64,000 bases of DNA from an uncultured Gammaproteobacteria bacterium (lineage in GTDB: Bacteria; Patescibacteriota; Microgenomatia; Levybacterales; GWA1-39-11): positions 77,081-141,080 of the forward strand of contig CAYOTA010000001.1 of NCBI GenBank assembly GCA_964406795.1, given 5' to 3'. The translations under genes were made by a program, and so were the position numbers. This document shows, in pieces, positions 49,657 through 60,203 of this stretch (its first letter is position 1; every line of letters begins with the position of its first letter). The notes beneath the pieces were generated by a model, which was given only the letters and a program-made list of their open reading frames with translations, was not told the origin of the DNA and searched no databases.

Positions 49657-51321
49657 TTATCTCTCGACTGTAAACTTCATCATCATGTCAGCTTCCAAGT
49701 GTTCAGCAATATGGCAATGCGCCATCCACTGCCCGGGATTAGTCATATCAACAAGCAATTCCATCGTATCGCCGTTTGGAATAAGCACTGTGTCTTTCCA
49801 CACAAGGTTGTCGTTAGTTTTGCCATTGGTAGAGAGCACTAAGAAACGCTGGCCGTGAATATGGATCGGGTGCTGCATCGGATGCATGGAATTTTTATCA
49901 TTGGTAATTTTAATCTTTACCTTGTCTCCAACTTTAAACTTCCAATCAATATCCATGTTTTTAATACCCGTATCTTCATCTTGAATAACCCACTTCATCA
50001 TCTCTTTATCGGACATCGTATTCATTTCAGCGTTTGATTCTTCCCATTCAATCGGATCATCATTGCCCATCATTTGTCCGCTTGGCATCATTTCATCCAT
50101 GTTGTGGCCACCAGAATTGTTTGGCATCATACCCTGCATTTGACTGCCCATATCAATCGTGAGTTTCAGACGTTTGTCAGCAGGTTTATCGAAAAACGGC
50201 CTAAATGCGTCAATCTCTGACTGTATATCGCTATTTGACCTGAGTGTTGCGAATTCTTTTTCAAATGAAGTGTCAGTCTTTTCACTCGCAACAGTGATTG
50301 TTCCAAGTGTATAGGTACGCTCTGGAGTCTTGTGTTGAATCGTGTATGATCCGGCATTAGCAAAGAACACCTCAATAATAGCACGCTCGGAAGGGCCGAG
50401 AATCACACTATCGCTCCATGTTTCCCGCTCATATTTGCCACCATCACCACCGACCAGTTTTACTTTGGCTCCGGGAATAGCAATATTAAATGTCCGAGTG
50501 TTTGCAGAGTTAGTGATATAGAAACGGATTACCTCTCCAGTTTTCGCAGAAAGAGTGTAGTTTGTCTCGCCGTTGACCAGCATGGTGTTACCGAACCTGC
50601 CCATGAGCGTGCGGTTGGCATTTGCTGTATTAAACACCGCAATCTTGCCGTTTTCCATAAGAATATCGTCTATAAATAGCGCAACCTCGCGGTTGACAGG
50701 AGACCAATAATTAGGGTCGTTGGGTGTAACAAGGTAATTGCCATAAAGACCAAGTTCCTGAGCATAGTCTTCTCTAATATGTGGATGATACCAGTACATA
50801 CCCTCATCAGGGAATTTGATCTGATAAGTGAATGATTCTCCAGGTTTGACCTCTTTCTGGGTCAAGTCAGGAACACCATCAAATTTATTTTCAAGCCTGA
50901 CACCGTGTGAATGGATCGTGGTTGGGACATCGGCCTGATTGGTAAAATTCAGAGTGACTTGTGCGCCTTGCTCGACTTTGACAAGCGGCCCTGGGATCAT
51001 GCCGTTATAGGCAAGCATTTTCACTACGTCGTTACCGATTTGCTTTTTGACAATTGAAGCGGTGAGATCATACGTATCGCCGTTTTTAAGCTCGACTATT
51101 TCAGACGATTTTGCTTCAGGTAATCCGACTGTGCTTTGCGAGAAATATGCTTGTCCGGCCTGGCCTGACATATCGTTAGGACGCATGAAGAAATTACCAT
51201 AAAGTGCGGCAATAACGATCCCTGCTGCCAAGGCAACGAGTGAAAGAACTGTCACTGCAATTATTTGAGGCTGTGTGACTTTTGATTTCATATTCATTTG
51301 TTCAGAGTTTATATTTTTCAT
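49657..51321 (-). CDS. Multicopper oxidase (CueO/laccase-like) with a Met-rich segment
   Basis: HSHGV, HPHIRE, HPIHIHG, HCHIAEHLEADMMM copper-ligand motifs; N-terminal TM/signal. Confidence 0.85.
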   Translation of the reverse strand: MKNINSEQMNMKSKVTQPQIIAVTVLSLVALAAGIVIAALYGNFFMRPNDMSGQAGQAYFSQSTVGLPEAKSSEIVELKNGDTYDLTASIVKKQIGNDVVKMLAYNGMIPGPLVKVEQGAQVTLNFTNQADVPTTIHSHGVRLENKFDGVPDLTQKEVKPGESFTYQIKFPDEGMYWYHPHIREDYAQELGLYGNYLVTPNDPNYWSPVNREVALFIDDILMENGKIAVFNTANANRTLMGRFGNTMLVNGETNYTLSAKTGEVIRFYITNSANTRTFNIAIPGAKVKLVGGDGGKYERETWSDSVILGPSERAIIEVFFANAGSYTIQHKTPERTYTLGTITVASEKTDTSFEKEFATLRSNSDIQSEIDAFRPFFDKPADKRLKLTIDMGSQMQGMMPNNSGGHNMDEMMPSGQMMGNDDPIEWEESNAEMNTMSDKEMMKWVIQDEDTGIKNMDIDWKFKVGDKVKIKITNDKNSMHPMQHPIHIHGQRFLVLSTNGKTNDNLVWKDTVLIPNGDTMELLVDMTNPGQWMAHCHIAEHLEADMMMKFTVER

Positions 51322-51325
51322 AGCA

Positions 51326-52081
51326 TTACATGTTCATACCATCATGACTTGTATTTAGCTTTTCTCCACCTTTTCCTAAAACTGCCTCTGTACCCATACC
51401 ATGCTTTAGTTTATTGGCAACCAGCCACCAGTTAATTGGATAAGCCAGGATTAGCCCAACCAAGCTTGCTAAAGACATAACACCCCAAAACCGAAGATTT
51501 GTGGCTTCCATTGCCTGCATATCTCGGCTCATCAAAATGACCATGATAGGAATCATTCCTGCCATAACCATATTCATTGACAACCACTCAGGAAGAAACG
51601 ATTTTTTAACAGCACTAGCATACGATCCCCCGAGCATTTTCTGCATGAATAATGCCTGGAAAATTAAAAGTCCAAAGGCAAAACCAAAGATATATTCAGA
51701 TATGGTATCAGCCCACATCGGAAAGCCTAAATAAGCAGTAATTGCCGCTGCGACAATAATCCCTGTTGCGTCTCCTGCCATACAATGAATCGTGGAACCA
51801 AGTGCTTGCTTCCAACGAGGAGATATAAAAGATTGGTGTTCTTTTACCTTTGGTGGTTTACAGGAAAGCACATACAATGCTGCTCCAATGACGCCAGTAT
51901 AGGCAGTAACTAATATCCAACCCCAACGCATTACTTTCAGTTCCGGGTTATTGGTAAAGCTATCATAGGCAACATAGAGTACTGACAAAGCAGTTAAAAT
52001 AAACCAAATTATTAAGGCTGCATCAATAATTGATCCAGTCGCCACAGGAGTCATTGTCATAGTTGAATGATCCATATTCAT
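51326..52081 (-). CDS. Integral membrane protein (DUF4396-like), adjacent to the MCO
   Basis: About 6 TM; His/Met-rich N-terminus. Confidence 0.4.
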   Translation of the reverse strand: MNMDHSTMTMTPVATGSIIDAALIIWFILTALSVLYVAYDSFTNNPELKVMRWGWILVTAYTGVIGAALYVLSCKPPKVKEHQSFISPRWKQALGSTIHCMAGDATGIIVAAAITAYLGFPMWADTISEYIFGFAFGLLIFQALFMQKMLGGSYASAVKKSFLPEWLSMNMVMAGMIPIMVILMSRDMQAMEATNLRFWGVMSLASLVGLILAYPINWWLVANKLKHGMGTEAVLGKGGEKLNTSHDGMNM

Positions 52082-52156
52082 TTACTTATTTATTCTATCA
52101 AAGATTATCGTTATCTCCGTGATAAATATCACGGCTTGATGCATTAGTAGCGTCTG

Positions 52157-53524
52157 TTAGGAATATACCCGCACAAAGAGGATTGCGGAAATAAAACCAG
52201 CTGCAAGCGTTATTAGTAAGCAGACTGCCCATACAATCGAGACTGGATGCGACAGGAGCTTTTGCGTGGCTATTTTTTCTCCCCAATACATCGGCGCGAT
52301 AATCCGTATATACACTCCCAATGATATAACGCTATTTAAGATGCCAATAATTGCCAGGAGAATTGCTTTGTTCTCAATTGCAACGCCAAAAAGCAGTATC
52401 TTGCCGATAAATCCAAAAAGCGGAGGTATACCGACAAGTGAAAGAAGAAATATTGTCATAGAGAGTGCCAACCAGGGATGTCTTTTCATAAGTCCTGAAA
52501 AATTAGAAAGCGCGGATCCTATTTGCAAGGTCACAGCAAACGCGCCGATGTTCATGGCAGCGTAAGCTGCTGCAAAAACTAATAATGCCGGAAGCGCCAG
52601 ACTGCTTTTGCCAAGGAACGCAATAGCAAAAAGAAAATAGCCGGATTGGGCAATGGAAGAGTATGCCAAAAGCCGTTTGACATTATCCTGAAACAGGGCA
52701 GCAACAGTGCCGTAGGTCATGGTTGCAATGGCAAGTAAGCTTATGAGTAAAGTCCAGTCAACTCCACCCGAAAGATTTTTGGCAATTTGAGCAAGTGCAA
52801 ACAGCCCGCCTATTTTGGGAATAATAGAAAGATAAGCCGCGATAGAAACAGGAGCGCCTTCATACGCATCTGGTGTCCAGAAATGAAATGGTACGAGTGA
52901 TGCTTTATATCCCAGTCCCGCGATAACACCTATTGTCCCGATCAACGCAGCAAGCGGCATACCAGAGGCTTTCGGAAGGTCCAAAAGAAGCGTTGATCCG
53001 GTTGCTCCGTACCAGTATGTGAGTCCAAATAACATCAGCGCCGTACTGATGGAGCCGAAAATAAAATACTTCATACCGGCTTCAGTTGCATTAATACTGC
53101 CAGGATACGTCACCAGCGCATAAGAGCCAAGACTTGTTAAGAGCATTCCTAAAATAAGAAACATCATATCCCCTGAGGCTGATAAAACAATTGCGCCAAG
53201 TGTTGTAAAAAGAAACAGCGTATAGATAGATCCTACTCGTACAGTCTTGCCTAACTCATCACGAGTCAATAATACGATGAGCGCAGTTGCGGGCAAAAGT
53301 ATCACTTTTGCCCAGACACTAAGCGCATCAATTCTGAAAGTCTGGCTAAATACTGTTGTTTCAGTATTCAGTAGTGAGATGGTCAGAAAAAAGGATAGGA
53401 ATAGTCCAGCTATACTGATAAGAAAAGTAAGTTGCTTGCGGTGAAACATCTCCGAAACCAGAGCAAACACTGCTGTCAGCAAAAGCGCAATATCCGGAAG
53501 TAAAAGTTGTAAATCCCGTTCCAT
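52157..53524 (-). CDS. Complex-I-like antiporter subunit (NuoN/Mrp-type)
   Basis: Polytopic; conserved NuoN-type core. Confidence 0.75.
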   Translation of the reverse strand: MERDLQLLLPDIALLLTAVFALVSEMFHRKQLTFLISIAGLFLSFFLTISLLNTETTVFSQTFRIDALSVWAKVILLPATALIVLLTRDELGKTVRVGSIYTLFLFTTLGAIVLSASGDMMFLILGMLLTSLGSYALVTYPGSINATEAGMKYFIFGSISTALMLFGLTYWYGATGSTLLLDLPKASGMPLAALIGTIGVIAGLGYKASLVPFHFWTPDAYEGAPVSIAAYLSIIPKIGGLFALAQIAKNLSGGVDWTLLISLLAIATMTYGTVAALFQDNVKRLLAYSSIAQSGYFLFAIAFLGKSSLALPALLVFAAAYAAMNIGAFAVTLQIGSALSNFSGLMKRHPWLALSMTIFLLSLVGIPPLFGFIGKILLFGVAIENKAILLAIIGILNSVISLGVYIRIIAPMYWGEKIATQKLLSHPVSIVWAVCLLITLAAGFISAILFVRVYS

Positions 53525-53530
53525 ACATTG

Positions 53531-55009
53531 TTACAATTTGAGCATGTTAGTTGTTTCATGAATAATATTTAAGATGATTCCCGGGAAGATACCGAGCAGG
53601 ATGATCAGCAGGATTAATATTGTGGCGACAACAAGCTCCGCCCGGTCAAAATCCCGGATCTTTGCAAACTTTTGGGGAAGTTCTCCGAAAAATACTTTCT
53701 GGATTGCCCGAAGATACAGCGCTGCGGTGACGGCGATACTGACGACTGTGAGGGCTGTAATAACCGGAAATGCCTGGAAGCTGCCTAAAAAGATCTGAAA
53801 TTCTGCCGGGAAATGCGCCAGAGCCGGAAGGCCAAGCGATGCAAATGCGGCCAAAATAAAAAACCAGCCGAATTTCGGCATCACAGACAGTATTCCGGAA
53901 AGCTCAGGCATTTCTCTTGTTTTTGTCCGTGTTTCAAGTATTCCTACCAATAAAAAAAGTGTGCCGGTCACCACACCATGGCTGACCATTTGGAGTACTG
54001 CCCCATCAAGCGCCAAAGTTCTGGCTGCCTGGTTGGTTGTCGCGGCAGCAGCTGCAACTGCCAGCAGAATAAAACCCATGTGATTAACGGATGTGTATGC
54101 GACCATGCGCTTGAGATCTGTCTGGGCCAATGCCACAAATGCACCATAAAGCGCTGAAACCATACCAAGGGATGCCACAACAATTGCTAGTTGAGCAAAC
54201 GCATCAGGCGTCATCTGCAAGGCAAAGCGGATCAGCCCGTATGTCCCGAATTTCAGAAGGATAGCAGCCAAAACCACACTGCCAGTGGATGGTGCTTCTA
54301 CGTGCGCCAAAGGCAACCAGGTATGGAAAGGTACTGAAGGCGTTTTAATCAGAAACGCCAACAGCATGCCGATAAATGCCAGCATTCCTGCCAGTCCCAA
54401 AAGCGGCGGGTCGGCAATAATTGTCCGCATGTCAAAGGTGTTGGGGGTGCTGCCAAAATAAAGCCCGATGATTGCAAGCAGAAGCGGCAAACTCCCCAAA
54501 AGGGTATAGAGGAAAAATGTAAGTGCTGCTTTTTTTGCATCTTTATGCCCACCCCACTGTGCGATAATAAAATACATCCCAACCAGACTGACCTCAAAAA
54601 AGATGTAAAACAAAAACATATCCAAAGCCATAAAGACTCCGAGAGATGCTGTCTCAAGCATCAGAAAAAGCGCATAATAACTTTTCAGCCGCTCAAACCG
54701 CCGTCCCGAATACGCAATGACAGCCAGGAAGAGAACGCTTGTTAAAAGCACCAGGGGAAGGCTGATGCCATCAAGTCCTACCCTATAGGCAACACCGAGC
54801 GAGGGAATCCAGTTAAACTCTTCAATCTGGGAAAATCCCACCCCAACACCTCTAACATACATTAGTATTGTCCCTAAAAAGGTAAGGACAGCAGTGCCAA
54901 GCGCCACCATGTTACTCTGGCGTGAGGTAGGATTATTCCACAGCGCTAAGATTACTGCTCCCAAAAGCGGAAGGAAAAGTGTGATTGTTAACAGTAAAGG
55001 TATATTCAT
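53531..55009 (-). CDS. Complex-I-like antiporter subunit (NuoM-like)
   Basis: NuoM family motifs in a 14-TM protein. Confidence 0.8.
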   Translation of the reverse strand: MNIPLLLTITLFLPLLGAVILALWNNPTSRQSNMVALGTAVLTFLGTILMYVRGVGVGFSQIEEFNWIPSLGVAYRVGLDGISLPLVLLTSVLFLAVIAYSGRRFERLKSYYALFLMLETASLGVFMALDMFLFYIFFEVSLVGMYFIIAQWGGHKDAKKAALTFFLYTLLGSLPLLLAIIGLYFGSTPNTFDMRTIIADPPLLGLAGMLAFIGMLLAFLIKTPSVPFHTWLPLAHVEAPSTGSVVLAAILLKFGTYGLIRFALQMTPDAFAQLAIVVASLGMVSALYGAFVALAQTDLKRMVAYTSVNHMGFILLAVAAAAATTNQAARTLALDGAVLQMVSHGVVTGTLFLLVGILETRTKTREMPELSGILSVMPKFGWFFILAAFASLGLPALAHFPAEFQIFLGSFQAFPVITALTVVSIAVTAALYLRAIQKVFFGELPQKFAKIRDFDRAELVVATILILLIILLGIFPGIILNIIHETTNMLKL

Positions 55010-55013
55010 AGTG

Positions 55014-56756
55014 TTATCCTATCATTATAGTAAAAACTATATAAACCACAACAATAATTATTGTACTGTACAAGGCGTAGGCCATTTCCTGGTGGATAAG
55101 CCCGGTTTGTAATCTTCTGGCATACATTCCAAGCATCCTTACTTCTGTTACTAAATAATTGATAATGCCATTAATAAAAGGTTCGCCGGATTGGTTTGAA
55201 ATGTTGCCGAGAGACAAATTGACCCGACCTATACCAAAAACTTGCTGGGTTAGTAGAAAGTCTACCCGAGTCAGGCGTTGGCTGGTTTGCAGGGCGTATG
55301 CAGCGGTTTTTTGCGGAAGGGTTATTAGGAATTCTTCAACCAACACCAATCTATTTGTAATTAAAAATGTACTTTTAATGAAGACTGAATCAATCGTTGA
55401 ACTAATAGATAAACCATTTTGTAAAAAGGCAGTTAAATTTTTAGGAACAAAGTTTTCTTTCCAAATCCAGCCGAGAGCAAGACCAATAATACCGACTACC
55501 AGTCCCGCGATAAGTGCCATATTACCTTCTATTGCTTCAAAGCCAACTACCTCTTCAAGTAAAGCGAAAAAAAGGAAAAATGTTAGGACAAAGAATGCGA
55601 GTCCAGCAATTCCGAAATACATGAACGACTTTCCGGCAAGCGGTTGATCTTTTCCAGTACCAAACCAGAGCTGTTTTGCCGATCTTGCCACATAGATGCC
55701 AGTAAATACAGAGGAAAGAAGCGTCATAGGCAACAAGATAGCTTGGAAAGAAGAGGTAATAGTTACGGCAATGATTGCATCCTTTGTAAAAAATCCAGCG
55801 AGTGGCGGGATGCCGCTTAAGGCAAGGCCTGCAATTACAAAAGCAGAAAATACAAATACGTTTTTTCTGCCGATGCCTTGTAATTTTTGAAATTCCGTCC
55901 CTTCCCGTAGGTGCTGGAAAACTCCTGCAGTTAAAAATAGTGTACTTTTCATTGCGGCATTCGCAATCAAATGTAAAATAGCTGCCCCTGGAACGCCCGA
56001 ACCGACTGCGACAAGCATTAATCCAAGCTGGGCAGATGTTGATGCAGCCAGCATCCGTTTCAGGTCATACTGTGTTATCGCAGCTATGCCTGTAATTAGT
56101 GCGGTTATACCGCCGATAATTCCAACTAGAAGCAAAAGCGGGAAGGTAAATAGCGGAAAGATTTTTAAAATCAAGATAACTCCAGCTGCAACCAAAGTTG
56201 CAGAGTGTAAAAGTGCCGACACAGGTGTCGGCCCTGCCATGGCATCTCTGAGCCAGCCGTCAAATGGAACTTGGGCTGCTTTGGCAAATCCGGCAATCAG
56301 AATAAAAAGGGCTGCAAGTTGCGCCAGACCTCCGGTCGTTGTTACTGTTTTTGTTATTTCTGTTGTTTGGGTTAAAGAAAACAAAAGTAAAATTCCCAAA
56401 ATCAGTCCGGTATCAGCACTTCTGGTAGTGAGAAAAGCGCGGTTACCGGCTTTTAGCGCAGTGTCCGTCTGATAAAAGCCGATCAGAAAATATGAAGCAA
56501 CACCGATAATTTCCCAGGCAGTAATAAGGAGCAGCCAGTCGCCTGCGAAAATAAAAAGTTGCATGCCTGTGATAAAAAGCAGCATAAAAGCAAAAAAGCG
56601 ACTTTTCCCGTTTTCTTTTTGCATGTACCCGATGCTGTAAAGCAGAATAAAAAAAGCGGCAATAAAAACCATTGCTGATAGCAGCAGGGAAACCGGTGTC
56701 ACTGAAAACACCAGAGGTAACTTAGGTATAAACGGCACAAGTATTTCCGTATTCAT
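55014..56756 (-). CDS. Complex-I-like antiporter subunit (NuoL-like). Start trimmed to the ATG overlapping the nuoK stop (ATGA).
   Basis: Listed ORF has a 53-aa basic, non-membrane N-terminal extension; MNTEILVPFIP start gives ATGA coupling. Confidence 0.8.
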   Translation of the reverse strand: MNTEILVPFIPKLPLVFSVTPVSLLLSAMVFIAAFFILLYSIGYMQKENGKSRFFAFMLLFITGMQLFIFAGDWLLLITAWEIIGVASYFLIGFYQTDTALKAGNRAFLTTRSADTGLILGILLLFSLTQTTEITKTVTTTGGLAQLAALFILIAGFAKAAQVPFDGWLRDAMAGPTPVSALLHSATLVAAGVILILKIFPLFTFPLLLLVGIIGGITALITGIAAITQYDLKRMLAASTSAQLGLMLVAVGSGVPGAAILHLIANAAMKSTLFLTAGVFQHLREGTEFQKLQGIGRKNVFVFSAFVIAGLALSGIPPLAGFFTKDAIIAVTITSSFQAILLPMTLLSSVFTGIYVARSAKQLWFGTGKDQPLAGKSFMYFGIAGLAFFVLTFFLFFALLEEVVGFEAIEGNMALIAGLVVGIIGLALGWIWKENFVPKNLTAFLQNGLSISSTIDSVFIKSTFLITNRLVLVEEFLITLPQKTAAYALQTSQRLTRVDFLLTQQVFGIGRVNLSLGNISNQSGEPFINGIINYLVTEVRMLGMYARRLQTGLIHQEMAYALYSTIIIVVVYIVFTIMIG

Positions 56757-57055
56757 CCTTTTAATCCTCCTGCTTCTTCGGATTCCACTGACCCCCGGGA
56801 GCGGAATCTGCCGACTGCGATCCCAAATCCGACAGCCGCTTCTACGGCCATAATCACCATGGCAACTAAGACAAACATCTGGCCTGAAAATTCCTGAGGA
56901 TACAGAAACCGCCAAAAGGCAACCAGATTGACCATGGCTGATCCCAGCATCAGTTCTATGCCCATCATAATCATGACCATATTCGTCTGTGATAAAGCGC
57001 CGTAAAGACCGATCGCAAAAAGGACAGCACCGATGATAAGGGAAAGTTCAAGCAT
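56753..57055 (-). CDS. NuoK-like subunit (ND4L)
   Basis: 100 aa, 3 TM, conserved Glu positions. Confidence 0.8.
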   Translation of the reverse strand: MLELSLIIGAVLFAIGLYGALSQTNMVMIMMGIELMLGSAMVNLVAFWRFLYPQEFSGQMFVLVAMVIMAVEAAVGFGIAVGRFRSRGSVESEEAGGLKG

Positions 57056-57563
57056 TGGTATTTTTCCTTTCCGGCACAGCTACTATGATGGAGGCGATCA
57101 TCGCCACCAGTATCGTTATGCCCGCTACCTGGAAGATAAGCATTGAACGTTCAAGTATCTGCATGCCTAGTTCATAGGTTTGTTTTTCAGGCGACGGCAC
57201 AAGTGATGTTGATTGTCCCCAATTGGTGAAAAAGATCACAGCTACTATGGTTATAAAAGCGACAATGGCGATACCACCAGCTGTTTTTTTCTGGTGCGTC
57301 ATATTCATCTGTCCCATACCGCCCGGATCCATCATAAACATCACCATAAAAACAGCCATAATCGTCATCTCCCCTGCCATCATCATCAGTTGCAAAACAC
57401 CTAAGAACTGCGCTTCCATTGCCAAAAAGAGAAAGCCAATGGAGGCCATGGAAGCAAGAAGCGATAATGCAGAACGCACCATTGAGCGGGTACGAAAAAC
57501 TCTCCAGCCAAACCAGATAGCGGAAATCCCGAAAAATATGATGCCTAATAGTTGCATGGTCAT
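57048..57563 (-). CDS. NuoJ-like subunit (ND6); start trimmed
   Basis: NuoJ-like TM core. Confidence 0.65.
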   Translation of the reverse strand: MTMQLLGIIFFGISAIWFGWRVFRTRSMVRSALSLLASMASIGFLFLAMEAQFLGVLQLMMMAGEMTIMAVFMVMFMMDPGGMGQMNMTHQKKTAGGIAIVAFITIVAVIFFTNWGQSTSLVPSPEKQTYELGMQILERSMLIFQVAGITILVAMIASIIVAVPERKNTNA

Positions 57564-58450
57564 AGATAAATAACAATGAGTCCTGTTATAAAAATATTCA
57601 AAAGTGCTAAGGGAATACCTAATTTCCAGCTCCATTCCAGAAGATGGTCTTGTCTGAGTCTTGGCAGAAAGCGTCTGGCTGTAAGCATACTTGCTGCAAC
57701 AAGTAATGTCTTAAGAACATTCCATAACCAGTCAGGAAGTAGCGGTCCGCTCCATCCGCCCAAAAAGAAAACTACAATAGCCTGAGCAAGCACCAGTATC
57801 AAGGTAAGTCTTGCTATGCGGATTACGGCCAAACGGATGCCGGTGTATTCTGCAAAAGCTCCCCCTGCCAGTTCAGATCCTGAAACAGGCAAGTCGAAAG
57901 GCGGCAGGAAGGAAAGTGCCAGGGCAAAGATATAAAAAACAAGAAAGCCAAGTGGCATATAAATAATATTCCACAGATTTTCCTGGGAAGAAATTACCTG
58001 CGTCATAGAAAGAGACTGTGCCCGCATACCCACAGCAACGATCGACATTACAATCGGCATGGCATAGGAGAGCAGTTGCCCAATCGCCCGGAAGGCACCG
58101 ATCATTGCGTAATTGCCATTTGATCCCCACCCAGCCATAAAAAGTGCGACCAGCACATAAATTAAGGCGGCATTCACAAAGAGTGCCCCGGTCGCAAGGT
58201 CAATCAGCACAGAATCTTTGGCAAACGGCAGAACAACTGATGCAGCTAGCGGCGCAATAAGAAGCAAGAGTGGAGCAGTCTCAAACAAAACCTTATCCCG
58301 CTCACGGGGCGTAAGCGATTCCTGAGAGAAAAGCGCGAGAGTATTCAAAAACGGAGCACTCAAACGCACCCTTCCGGATGTGCTCCAATGTTGGATTAAG
58401 GCAACAATATAAATTCCAGCGAAAAGTGCCAATAACCACATAATTATCAT
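57560..58450 (-). CDS. NuoH-like subunit (ND1)
   Basis: NuoH signature regions. Confidence 0.8.
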   Translation of the reverse strand: MIIMWLLALFAGIYIVALIQHWSTSGRVRLSAPFLNTLALFSQESLTPRERDKVLFETAPLLLLIAPLAASVVLPFAKDSVLIDLATGALFVNAALIYVLVALFMAGWGSNGNYAMIGAFRAIGQLLSYAMPIVMSIVAVGMRAQSLSMTQVISSQENLWNIIYMPLGFLVFYIFALALSFLPPFDLPVSGSELAGGAFAEYTGIRLAVIRIARLTLILVLAQAIVVFFLGGWSGPLLPDWLWNVLKTLLVAASMLTARRFLPRLRQDHLLEWSWKLGIPLALLNIFITGLIVIYL

Positions 58451-59844
58451 AACGCCACCTCCCATGGAGAAATATCGAGCGAGGCGATAGCAATAAGTGC
58501 ATCTCCAACCTCTGAATTTTGAACAAGTTGTGGAATAAGCTCAATTTTTTTGGCCGATGGGGAGGAGAATGACACAGCGGATATTTTTCCGCTTTCCAGT
58601 ATTATTGAAAGCTCTGCTTTCCCTCTTGGTGTTTTTAAGGATGTCTTACCACTACCTGAGAAATTGTCCGGTACATTCTCCGGCTGACCAATCCTTTTTT
58701 GTACTTCTTGCTTTCTCTCACTTAAAAGAGAAAGGCTTTGATCTACTTCTGAGAATATGGTTAAGAGTCTTATCCAGGCATCTGTTTCCTCAATAATGCC
58801 AATGCTGGAGAGCCGTTTTTTTAAAAGCCAATTGTTTGTTACCCTGGCAGCAAGCCGCCCTACATCATTTTGTATCATTTCAAAATCATCAGCGGTTTGG
58901 GCATTTTGTAAATTTTTTAAATGCCTCTCTGCACCATCTCTCAGGTTGGAAAAGTGAAGCAGTGTTGCAAACGAGGCAAGCCAGTTGAGATGGCTTATAA
59001 CCCGCTCTTGTTCTAAAAGGAACATTCTTTCACTTTTCGTTTTTTCATCTATAGTTTTTTTCATAGCATTTTCAATCGCCTGCTCAGCTAAAATCCGATA
59101 CGACTGAGGCGCGAGTGGATCGATCATTGAAAAAATATGCAGAAAGTTACTAACACTTCCAATCCATTTGCTATCTAAATTCCGTTTGACAGACTCAGTT
59201 GCAATTTGCGTATCAGCCACACTGTCTCCGTCTAATAGAAAGATAACTTCAAGCCCTCCGGGTAATCCAGCAAAAAGCGGGCCAAAATGCACTTCTCCCC
59301 ATTCCATCGGCAGACCGTCAGGGCTTTTGGGTAAATTCTCCGTCATCATGACCATGGACATAAAACCCATATCGTTTGAACCGTGATCCATGCCTTCCAT
59401 ACCCTGCATATTATGTTCCTGGTGGGATGACTGTTTTGTCTTTTCAGCATGAATCCCATTTTTCTCAAACGCTTTATTACTGAAAAGCTCTTGTAACTTC
59501 TTCACTGATTGTTTAATACTTTGCTGACTGAAATCAGCTGTCATATCAGGCTTAGGAAGCGGATTAAACGCTGCTGTTCCAATTGCCAGTATTGCCTTGG
59601 GAGCAGGCATCTGGTTATACAAAGTCCTGGCATGTTGCCGCATGCTCTGTGGTATTTCTCCGATAAGGAGTAAGACATTAGCATGGCGGGGAGTATCGGT
59701 TAGGATAAGTCCACTGTTTTCTAAGTCAAGTTGATACGTTCTGGCAATTTCCATTCCCGGCACAACAATCGCAGTTAAGTCATTACTAACTGCATTGCTT
59801 AAAAAGCTATTTAATACCGGTATCGTGCTTTGTGCTGTTATCAT
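58447..59844 (-). CDS. Cysteine-free NuoB-like + NuoD/[NiFe]-hydrogenase large-subunit-like fusion protein
   Basis: N-terminus PRHANVLLLIGEIPQSM resembles NuoB but has no FeS Cys; C-terminus ends DISPWEVAL where hydrogenase large subunits have DPCxxCxxH; the whole protein contains zero Cys. Confidence 0.55.
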   Translation of the reverse strand: MITAQSTIPVLNSFLSNAVSNDLTAIVVPGMEIARTYQLDLENSGLILTDTPRHANVLLLIGEIPQSMRQHARTLYNQMPAPKAILAIGTAAFNPLPKPDMTADFSQQSIKQSVKKLQELFSNKAFEKNGIHAEKTKQSSHQEHNMQGMEGMDHGSNDMGFMSMVMMTENLPKSPDGLPMEWGEVHFGPLFAGLPGGLEVIFLLDGDSVADTQIATESVKRNLDSKWIGSVSNFLHIFSMIDPLAPQSYRILAEQAIENAMKKTIDEKTKSERMFLLEQERVISHLNWLASFATLLHFSNLRDGAERHLKNLQNAQTADDFEMIQNDVGRLAARVTNNWLLKKRLSSIGIIEETDAWIRLLTIFSEVDQSLSLLSERKQEVQKRIGQPENVPDNFSGSGKTSLKTPRGKAELSIILESGKISAVSFSSPSAKKIELIPQLVQNSEVGDALIAIASLDISPWEVAL

Positions 59845-60203
59845 AATCTCGTAATTGCCCCTTGACTCCATCCGTAGAGAAGCCCTAAGAAAAGTATTGC
59901 CAAAAATACGCCCATATCCAAAAGTGCGACTAAACCAACTTCTTTATAAACCACCGACCAGGGGTACATAAATGCCATTTCCATATCAAAAGCCATAAAA
60001 AGAAGCGCGATGCCATAGTAATGGAAGTGATACCGCAGCCAGGCAGGGGTTTCTTGGACTTTCCCGCTTTCTGCAGGCAGGTCTTTCTTATCCTCAACCC
60101 TCGCTTTGCCAATTTTTCTACGCAGCAAGTAAAGCGTCATAATAAACCCTGCTGTAGAAAGCAGGATACCTGTGAGTAATGTATATTGCAGTAACGGCTC
60201 CAT
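59841..60203 (-). CDS. NuoA-like subunit (ND3)
   Basis: LFMAFDMEMAFMYPW motif. Confidence 0.8.
   Translation of the reverse strand: MEPLLQYTLLTGILLSTAGFIMTLYLLRRKIGKARVEDKKDLPAESGKVQETPAWLRYHFHYYGIALLFMAFDMEMAFMYPWSVVYKEVGLVALLDMGVFLAILFLGLLYGWSQGAITRL

Noticed and set aside
55014-56915. Track ORF for the NuoL-like gene with a 53-aa Arg-rich N-terminal extension overlapping nuoK
   Set aside because: The extension is non-membrane, overlaps the NuoK reading frame, and an internal ATG gives classic ATGA stop/start coupling. Start moved to 56756.
57187-57576. Antisense and nested ORFs in the track (57187..57576, 57223..57573, 56086..56472, 12960..13271, 32859..33392, 36456..36773, 61339..61908 and similar)
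   Set aside because: They lie entirely inside strongly supported genes on the opposite strand or another frame and have low-complexity or unnatural composition. Considered spurious.
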